From an uncultured virus (IMG/VR IMGVR_UViG_3300029305_001083) (taxonomy: Duplodnaviria; Heunggongvirae; Uroviricota; Caudoviricetes), in the IMG/VR virus record IMGVR_UViG_3300029305_001083: 64,000 nucleotides of DNA; one strand, written 5' to 3'. Under the pieces are notes generated by a model, which searched no databases, had not been told where the DNA came from, and saw nothing but the letters and a program-made list of their open reading frames with translations. The position numbers were made by a program, and so were the translations under genes. Below are positions 37,268-44,006 of the stretch, in pieces. Position 1 is the stretch's first letter. Every line of letters begins with the position of its first letter.

Positions 37268-37360
37268 ATGATGACTATTGGTACAGTTTCATTAATTTGC
37301 GCGGTTGCGTTTGGTATTGAGCTTGCTACGGTGTTATGGTTATCTAAACACGAGAAATAA
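37268..37360 (+). CDS. 30-aa hydrophobic peptide (cassette ORF, not in ORF track)
   Basis: MMTIGTVSLICAVAFGIELATVLWLSKHEK; GAGGAG SD; hairpin 37359-37378. Confidence 0.55.
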   Translation: MMTIGTVSLICAVAFGIELATVLWLSKHEK

Positions 37361-37380
37361 GAGCCTACAAAGGCTTTTAT

Positions 37381-37647
37381 TTTTGGCCCACTTATTGATA
37401 TTTGAAAATGGGTTTGGCCCACTTTTATTTGGGTCATGCTGGAATTCATACGTACGGAAAAATATTTTGGCCCACTTTTTTTGGCCCGTGGCCCACTTTT
37501 ATTTTCAAAACCGGGCCAGCGAAAACGTGGTAATACCAACGTTTGTGGGCATCGTGGCCCACTTTCCCACTTTTTTCTCTTATTAAATGTGATATAAAAA
37601 ATATATAATATATATAGTATGGCAAACTAAAGTGGGTTTTTGGGCCA
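37381..37647. repeat. GGCCCACTT iteron-like cluster with AT-rich tract (candidate replication origin)
   Basis: Copies at 37385, 37416, 37469, 37490, 37556; partial at 37483, 37566; inverted partials at 37629-37647; AT tract 37581-37620. Confidence 0.7.
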
Positions 37648-37677
37648 CGCGAAAAATACACGGTCCTTTATGAGGAG
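37647..37677 (+). promoter_or_regulatory. 31-bp motif copy 9
   Basis: ACGCGAAAAATACACGGTCCTTTATGAGGAG. Confidence 0.7.
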
Positions 37678-37687
37678 AGTGATAATT

Positions 37688-37870
37688 ATGAAAAAATTTA
37701 ATAATACTGAAATTAAATGTTTAGTGGCTGGTGCGTTAGGATTGATATCTGTAGGTCTATTCGCAGCGGCGACAAAATATGAAATCGATGAGATTAAAAA
37801 ATTAGAAGACATGATTAATGACGAAGCCTTAAAGATAGCAGAAGCCGTAAAGAAGAGTGACCTTTACTAA
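37688..37870 (+). CDS. small membrane protein (cassette ORF)
   Basis: GAGGAG SD; one TM; hairpin 37850-37883. Confidence 0.65.
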   Translation: MKKFNNTEIKCLVAGALGLISVGLFAAATKYEIDEIKKLEDMINDEALKIAEAVKKSDLY

Positions 37871-37886
37871 GGCTTCTCTTCTTGCC

Positions 37887-37917
37887 ACGCGAAATTTACA
37901 TGCCCTTTTATGAGGAG
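37887..37917 (+). promoter_or_regulatory. 31-bp motif copy 10
   Basis: ACGCGAAATTTACATGCCCTTTTATGAGGAG. Confidence 0.7.
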
Positions 37918-38083
37918 AGAGGCCGTCAGAATCCGATGGTTATAAGAATCATTCTTTCTCTCTTCATTTTCGTCGTTATGACGAAGCGAAGGAGGAAGAC
38001 ATAATAACACCTCCTTGACTATTTATATTCTACTTAGCCGGACTGACACTCCGGCTTTTAATTTTTTAAAAAGGAGGGATACT

Positions 38084-38380
38084 ATGTCACGGCTCGAAAG
38101 AGATTTCCAAGCCAAACTTATTAAGGAATTAAAAGTTATGTTTAAGGGATGTATCATAATCAAAAATGACCCAAACTACATTCAAGGAATACCCGACTTA
38201 TTGATATTATACAATGACCGTTGGGCTGCTCTTGAAGTTAAAAAATCTGAGCATGCATCGCACAGACCAAACCAAGAATACTACGTCGACCTTATGAACG
38301 AAATGTCTTTCGCAAGTTTCATATATCCCGAAAATAAGGAGGAGATTTTATATGAACTTCAACAAACATTACTCGCTTGA
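38084..38380 (+). CDS. VRR-NUC-type nuclease (possible junction resolvase)
   Basis: LERDFQ, GIPDL, ALEVK, RPNQ. Confidence 0.8.
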   Translation: MSRLERDFQAKLIKELKVMFKGCIIIKNDPNYIQGIPDLLILYNDRWAALEVKKSEHASHRPNQEYYVDLMNEMSFASFIYPENKEEILYELQQTLLA

Positions 38381-38909
38381 AGGTAAACATGCATTTCTAG
38401 GTGCAAGTAAGTATCATTGGGTTAACTATGATAATGACAAAATTGCAGATTCATATTTAAAGCATCAAGCAACATTAAAGGGGACTATTCTACATGACTT
38501 TGCTGCTCAATGTATTCAATTGGGACAAAAACTACCAAAATCACAAAAAACATTAAACATGTATGTTAATGATGCTATTGGATTTAAGATGCAACCAGAA
38601 CAAGTTTTATATTATTCCGATAATTGTTTTGGTACTGCTGATGCTATTATATTTAGAAATAATTTATTGCGCATCCATGATTTAAAAACTGGTGTAACAA
38701 AAGCACACATGGAGCAATTAGAAATATATGCTGCTCTATTTTGTTTGGAATACAATAAGAAACCAGGCGAAATAGATATGGAATTAAGAATCTATCAAAA
38801 CAATGAGATTGTTGTTCATCATCCAACAGCGGATGATATTTTACCTATTATGGATAAGATTATGACGTTTGATAAAATTATTGAAAAATTGAAAATGGAA
38901 GGGGAATAA
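38352..38909 (+). CDS. PD-(D/E)XK exonuclease-like protein
   Basis: GTILH, E..L, FGTADAI, IHDLKTG, QLEIYA. Confidence 0.75.
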   Translation: MNFNKHYSLEGKHAFLGASKYHWVNYDNDKIADSYLKHQATLKGTILHDFAAQCIQLGQKLPKSQKTLNMYVNDAIGFKMQPEQVLYYSDNCFGTADAIIFRNNLLRIHDLKTGVTKAHMEQLEIYAALFCLEYNKKPGEIDMELRIYQNNEIVVHHPTADDILPIMDKIMTFDKIIEKLKMEGE

Positions 38910-38912
38910 AGT

Positions 38913-41759
38913 ATGGCTTATGATGATAAACCGTCTTTAGATGAATTAATTCACTATGGGATGCCTAGACGTTCTGGGCGTTACCCTTGGGGTAGTGGTA
39001 AAGACCCTCATCAACATTGCACAGACTTTCTTTCACGCATCCAATATATGTCTGAAAACGGAGTTAGCGATGAAGATATTGCTAAATCTATGGGGTTAAC
39101 AAAAGAACAGTTTGAAACTGAAAAATCATTTGCTGTTGTACATGATATGACTAAACGCGGTAAAACAGAAAAAGAAATCGCTGACGCTTTAGGTAGTACT
39201 ACGACTAAAGTTCGTTTACAAAAAACAATGATTAAAGATGGGCACAGAGCTGTTGAGGTCGATATCGCTAAAGATTTGAGAGATCAAGGATATTCTTTAA
39301 ACGAAATCGCCAAACAAATGGGGTATAAAAATGACTCTTCTGTTCGTAGTTTGTTAAATGCTGAGTCTGAAAGTAGAATGAAACAAGCTAGAAAAACAGC
39401 TGACTTTCTAAGAGACCAAGTTGACCAAAAAGGTATGATTGATATTGGTGCAGGTGTAGAGAGAGAATTAGGTATTTCTAAAGAAAAACTAGATCAAGCT
39501 GTAATGATGCTTGAAATGGAAGGTTATAAACGATTTGGTGGAGGGGTTTCTCAAGTTAATAATCCAGGAAAACAAACTAACCTTAAAGTATTAGCTGCTC
39601 CCGATAAAGAATGGAAAGATATGTATGATTATAAAAATGTACATTCTGTTGTGGACTATCACACTCATGATGATGGAGAAACATTCGATACATTTAAATA
39701 CCCTTCATCATTTGATTCTAAACGTTTAGCCATAAGATACGCTGAAGATGGTGGTATTGAGAAAGATGGACTTGTTGAGATTCGTAGAGGATGTAAAGAT
39801 TTAGATTTAGGTGGTTCACACTATGCTCAAGTTCGTATCATGGTGGATGGAACACACTACATTAAAGGTATGGCTGTATATTCTGATGATTTACCAGATG
39901 GTGTTGATATTATGTTTAACACTAACAAAGGTAAAAACAAAGCTAAAATGGATGTATTAAAACCAATTAAAGATGATCCCGATAATCCATTCGGAGCCTT
40001 AGTTAAAGCTGGTGGACAAAGTTATTATATTGATGATAATGGAGAGAGAAAGCTATCACCAATTAATAAAACAAGAGAAGAAGGGGATTGGAATGACTGG
40101 AGCGACAGCTTACCATCTCAATTCTTATCAAAACAAAGTCTTAAATTAGTAAAACAACAAACGGGTTTGGCTGTTGCTGATAAACAAGCAGAATTCGATG
40201 AGATAATGACAATAACAAACCCAACTGTTAAAAAAGCATTATTGAAATCATTTGCTGATGAATGCGATTCAACTGCTGTTCACCTAGATGCAGCATCTTT
40301 ACCTGGTCAAAGATACCAAGTTATTCTTCCAGTACCAAGCATTAAAGATAACGAAATCTATGCTCCAAACTTTGAAAATGGTACGAAAGTTGCTTTAGTC
40401 CGCTACCCACATGGTGGTATATTTGAAATACCAATTCTAACTGTTAATAATAAGCAAGCCGATGCTGAAAAAATGATAGGTAAAAACGCATTAGATGCTG
40501 TATGTATTAACTCAAAGGTAGCAGAGCAACTATCAGGAGCGGATTTCGATGGTGATACCGCCATGGTTATACCTACAGGTAGAGGGGTGAATATTAAAAA
40601 CAAACCCCCACTAAAAGAACTAGAAGGATTCGATCCTAAAATGCAGTATCCTGAAGTACCTGGTATGAAGTATATGAAGTCGGTTGACGCGAATGGTAAA
40701 ACAGTAGACAATACGCAACAAGAAATGGGTAAAATTTCAAACTTAATAACTGATATGACATTGATGGGCGCTAATGATCAAGAATTGGCTAGAGCCGTTA
40801 AACATTCGATGGTTGTAATTGATGCTGGTAAACATAAACTAAACTATAAACTAAGTGAGAAAGAGAATAATATAGCTGAATTAAAAAGAAGATACCAAGG
40901 ACATATAGATGAAGATGGTAAGTATAGAGAAGGAACTGGTACTATTGTATCAAGAGCTAAGGGTCAAGAGTCCGTATTAAAAAGACAAGGATCACCAATT
41001 ATAGACCCCGAGACTGGAAAACAAACATGGAAAGTTGCCGATGATGTAACATATGAAAAGGAAGTTATAAACCCTAAAACTGGTGAGGTCACTTATAAAA
41101 CTGTAACTAAAACACAAAAGAGTACTAAGATGGAAGAGACTGATGATGCATTCACATTAGTTAGTAAATTCAGAGAGCCTAGAGAAATAGCTTATGCTGA
41201 ATACGCTAATAAAATGAAATCCATGGCTAATGAAGCACGTAAGATCATGGTGAATACAAAAGACATTCCATACTCCCCAGATGCTAAAGCTAAATACGCC
41301 CCCCAAGTAGACCGTTTAAACGCCGCCCTTAACGTAGCCCTAAAGAACGCCCCTAAGGAACGCCAGGCTCAAACAATAGCCAATGCTATAGTGCAAGCTA
41401 AAAAAGCCGACAATCCTGACATGACAAAAAAAGAAATTAGGAAGGCTGGACAACAAGCCTTAGATAAAGCCCGTAAGCAAGTAGGGGCTAAAAGAGAATT
41501 AATTAAAATTTCAGACTTAGAATGGGAAGCTATACAGGCAGGCGCCATCAGTCCTAATAAGCTCCAACAAATACTAAATAACTGTGACCTAGATGTTGTT
41601 AGACAAAAGGCCACTCCTAAAGTAACTAATTCATTAAGCCAAGCTAAAGTTAATCATATAGCAACACTTAAGGAGTCTGGTTATACAAATGAACAGATAG
41701 CATCTAAATTAGGTGTTTCTGTGTCTACAATTATTAATCATATGAAAGGAGAGAATTAA
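38913..41759 (+). CDS. putative single-subunit two-barrel (RdRP/YonO-like) DNA-dependent RNA polymerase with fused HTH domains
   Basis: DG...AQVR...KG; LVRYP; LSGADFDGD (DFDGD at 40542-40556); MGKISN; HSMVVIDAGK; three N-terminal and one C-terminal HTH-like segments. Confidence 0.8.
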   Translation: MAYDDKPSLDELIHYGMPRRSGRYPWGSGKDPHQHCTDFLSRIQYMSENGVSDEDIAKSMGLTKEQFETEKSFAVVHDMTKRGKTEKEIADALGSTTTKVRLQKTMIKDGHRAVEVDIAKDLRDQGYSLNEIAKQMGYKNDSSVRSLLNAESESRMKQARKTADFLRDQVDQKGMIDIGAGVERELGISKEKLDQAVMMLEMEGYKRFGGGVSQVNNPGKQTNLKVLAAPDKEWKDMYDYKNVHSVVDYHTHDDGETFDTFKYPSSFDSKRLAIRYAEDGGIEKDGLVEIRRGCKDLDLGGSHYAQVRIMVDGTHYIKGMAVYSDDLPDGVDIMFNTNKGKNKAKMDVLKPIKDDPDNPFGALVKAGGQSYYIDDNGERKLSPINKTREEGDWNDWSDSLPSQFLSKQSLKLVKQQTGLAVADKQAEFDEIMTITNPTVKKALLKSFADECDSTAVHLDAASLPGQRYQVILPVPSIKDNEIYAPNFENGTKVALVRYPHGGIFEIPILTVNNKQADAEKMIGKNALDAVCINSKVAEQLSGADFDGDTAMVIPTGRGVNIKNKPPLKELEGFDPKMQYPEVPGMKYMKSVDANGKTVDNTQQEMGKISNLITDMTLMGANDQELARAVKHSMVVIDAGKHKLNYKLSEKENNIAELKRRYQGHIDEDGKYREGTGTIVSRAKGQESVLKRQGSPIIDPETGKQTWKVADDVTYEKEVINPKTGEVTYKTVTKTQKSTKMEETDDAFTLVSKFREPREIAYAEYANKMKSMANEARKIMVNTKDIPYSPDAKAKYAPQVDRLNAALNVALKNAPKERQAQTIANAIVQAKKADNPDMTKKEIRKAGQQALDKARKQVGAKRELIKISDLEWEAIQAGAISPNKLQQILNNCDLDVVRQKATPKVTNSLSQAKVNHIATLKESGYTNEQIASKLGVSVSTIINHMKGEN

Positions 41760-41760
41760 T

Positions 41761-41991
41761 ATGGCTGTTATGTTATCAACTATTGACAATCCTTATGATC
41801 CATTCGATAACTTTAGCTCTTGGTATATGTATGATGTTGAATCAGGTTACAATTCTTGTGCTTATTTAGCAAGAATTGCAAAAACTTCTGAACAATTCAC
41901 TGATACTGAGAATGAAGAAGAAATCGAGCGTGCTATTGATGAGATCATTCAATATGATTTTAGAAATATTTATGTTAAAGTTAAGAAATAA
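41761..41991 (+). CDS. small conserved phage protein
   Basis: MLSTIDNPYDPF...W..YD...GY..CAYLARIA. Confidence 0.7.
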   Translation: MAVMLSTIDNPYDPFDNFSSWYMYDVESGYNSCAYLARIAKTSEQFTDTENEEEIERAIDEIIQYDFRNIYVKVKK

Positions 41992-42121
41992 TTTATTAAA
42001 TAATTTATTAAATAATTGTGTGTAAAAATTATTTTAAACCTTACTCTCTTGTCATAGTACCTTGAACTGGTGCTTTGACAGGTGGGGGAGGGGGTCCCAA
42101 AAAACCCACCCCCTCTTGCAT

Positions 42122-42130
42122 CGCCGCCCT
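42122..42130. other. candidate cohesive-end (cos) site CGCCGCCCT
   Basis: GC-rich 9-mer in a 330-bp intergenic gap directly before the small terminase/HNH/large terminase genes; flanked by G/C-run inverted repeats. Confidence 0.55.
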
Positions 42131-42320
42131 CCTTAAAAATTCTCCGGGGGTGATATTTTGGAAAACAAATTACGGTATGTTTACCCCGGCTTTCAATCTT
42201 CTTCCCTTGGCTGGTTAATTTGGCACTTTTTCCTCTCCTTTCAGTGACCAAAAGTGGATTGAAAGTCGCGCTAAACATACCGTAACGAATTTATATTTAG
42301 CAGAAAAGGGGGTTAAAAGA

Positions 42321-42683
42321 ATGCCTAAGAAGAAAGATAATACTCCTAAAGATACACCGAAGAAAATTCGACCTGCTACTACGCCCGAGGCGAGAGAGAA
42401 TCAACTAATAGCTTTGGCTGTAGACTTGGCCGAGAAGCAATTAATAGAGGGAACAGCCTCATCTCAAGTCATAACACATTATTTAAAGCTTGGTTCCACT
42501 AAGGAGAGAATTGAAAGAGAGATATTAGAGAAACAAAAAGCCTTGATTGAAGCAAAAACCGAAAACCTACAGTCAGCTAAACGAATAGAGGAGTTATACA
42601 CTAACGCTATTAATGCTATGAAAAACTATAGTGGCCAAAATGATTCTTCCGAAGACGAAGAAGATGATGAGTATGATGACTAG
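42321..42683 (+). CDS. putative terminase small subunit
   Basis: First gene of the packaging module; helical, acidic tail; call is positional. Confidence 0.45.
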   Translation: MPKKKDNTPKDTPKKIRPATTPEARENQLIALAVDLAEKQLIEGTASSQVITHYLKLGSTKERIEREILEKQKALIEAKTENLQSAKRIEELYTNAINAMKNYSGQNDSSEDEEDDEYDD

Positions 42684-43101
42684 AGGCTACATAAGAACAT
42701 ATAGTGAATTAATGGAGCTAACAACATTCGAAGAAAGATTCAGATATTTAAAGTTGGAAGCCAATGTTGGAGATGCCACATTTGGATTCGACCGATATTT
42801 AAATCAACAGTTTTATCATTCGAGTGAATGGAAGAGTTTACGAAATGAGATAATAATAAGGGATAACGCGTGCGATTTAGCCATGCCAGATCACGAGCTT
42901 AGTAAAAGAATAATAATACATCATATGAATCCAATCTCAAAGAATGACCTTATCCACCAAACAGATTTTTTATTAAACCCCGAATACCTTATATGTACAA
43001 GTCATAAAACTCACTCTGCTATACATTATGGAGATGAAAGTTTATTGGAGAACGCTATTGTAGAACGAACTAAGAACGATACTTGCCCTTGGAGGAGGTG
43101 A
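42664..43101 (+). CDS. HNH endonuclease (packaging-associated)
   Basis: W..LRN.IIIRD..CD, IHHMNP, LIC....H.AIH. Confidence 0.85.
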   Translation: MMSMMTRGYIRTYSELMELTTFEERFRYLKLEANVGDATFGFDRYLNQQFYHSSEWKSLRNEIIIRDNACDLAMPDHELSKRIIIHHMNPISKNDLIHQTDFLLNPEYLICTSHKTHSAIHYGDESLLENAIVERTKNDTCPWRR

Positions 43102-43110
43102 TATTAAGAA

Positions 43111-43467
43111 ATGGACAATATACTAGACTCTATTAAAAAGTTACTCGGAATCAGTCCCGAATACCATGCATTCGATCAAGACTTAATAATTCACATCAAC
43201 ACGGTCTTCGTTATATTAAACCAATTGAATGTTGGTCCAGCAGAGGGTTTTTTCATAGAGGATGGTTCTGAAGAATGGAGTGATTACACCACAGTATTAA
43301 ATGAAAACGCAGTTCGAACATTTGTTTATCTTAAAGTTAGATTAATGTTCGACCCCCCAACTAGCTCTGCTCTGATGGACAGTATTAATAATATGTTGGC
43401 TGAGCTAGAATGGCGCTTGTATCTAGAGGGTGATAATAAAGCTAAAGGGGGTGATAACAATGAGTAA
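43111..43467 (+). CDS. putative head-tail connector/adaptor
   Basis: ILDSIKKLLG...FD.DLIIHIN...L.QL; V...VYLKVRL.FDPP. Confidence 0.65.
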   Translation: MDNILDSIKKLLGISPEYHAFDQDLIIHINTVFVILNQLNVGPAEGFFIEDGSEEWSDYTTVLNENAVRTFVYLKVRLMFDPPTSSALMDSINNMLAELEWRLYLEGDNKAKGGDNNE

Positions 43468-43978
43468 TGATTTACGACATCATGGTATTAAAGGTATGAA
43501 ATGGGGTGTTCGTAGATACCAAAATTCGGATGGTAGCTTAACTCCTGCCGGTAGAAAAAGATATTCCGATTACGACGGAGGAAAAGATAGTGCTGTTAGA
43601 AAGACTATTCCGGTTGGAGTCGGAAAGCGAAAATCATCTAGTGCGGAAGATTACCAAAATGCGATCAAGAAAACTAGATCCATCGGGGAAGGTATTGACA
43701 GTGCTCGTAAATTTAACGATGATGTTAAACGAATTAAAGACCCGGCAATGGAAAAAAGAATACGAAAAAGCACCGAACAAATGTCTGACAAAGAATTACA
43801 ACAAAGAGTCCAACGTCTTAATATGGAGGATAACTACACTAGAATGATGATGCATAGAGAGCATCTAAAGCAAGGCGAAGACTACGTTAATAAAGCATTA
43901 GATATAAGCGCTGTGGCCGTTCGAGGAGCAACAACCGCTCTAACTATCGCTTTACTTGTTAAGCAACTTAGAGGATAA
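43460..43978 (+). CDS. HHGIKGMKWG-leader protein (probable internal head protein)
   Basis: DLRHHGIKGMKWGVRRYQNSDGSLTPAGRKRY; MSDKELQQRVQRLNME. Confidence 0.7.
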   Translation: MSNDLRHHGIKGMKWGVRRYQNSDGSLTPAGRKRYSDYDGGKDSAVRKTIPVGVGKRKSSSAEDYQNAIKKTRSIGEGIDSARKFNDDVKRIKDPAMEKRIRKSTEQMSDKELQQRVQRLNMEDNYTRMMMHREHLKQGEDYVNKALDISAVAVRGATTALTIALLVKQLRG

Positions 43979-44006
43979 AATTTAACAATTGAAAGGAGAA
44001 TTCAAA

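Noticed and set aside
37165..37661. ORFs 37165-37539(-), 37305-37586(+), 37446-37661(-)
   Set aside because: Translations of the GGCCCACTT repeat cluster, lacking SD sites.
15374..37917. 31-bp repeats as a CRISPR array
   Set aside because: Copies are dispersed, degenerate and separated by genes, not by uniform spacers; no cas operon.
38352..38909. Nuclease as evidence of a CRISPR-Cas (Cas4) system
   Set aside because: Stand-alone PD-(D/E)XK phage exonuclease; no Fe-S cysteine set and no other cas genes.
42075..42105. TTGACA as a sigma-A promoter
   Set aside because: No -10 hexamer at 16-18 bp spacing.
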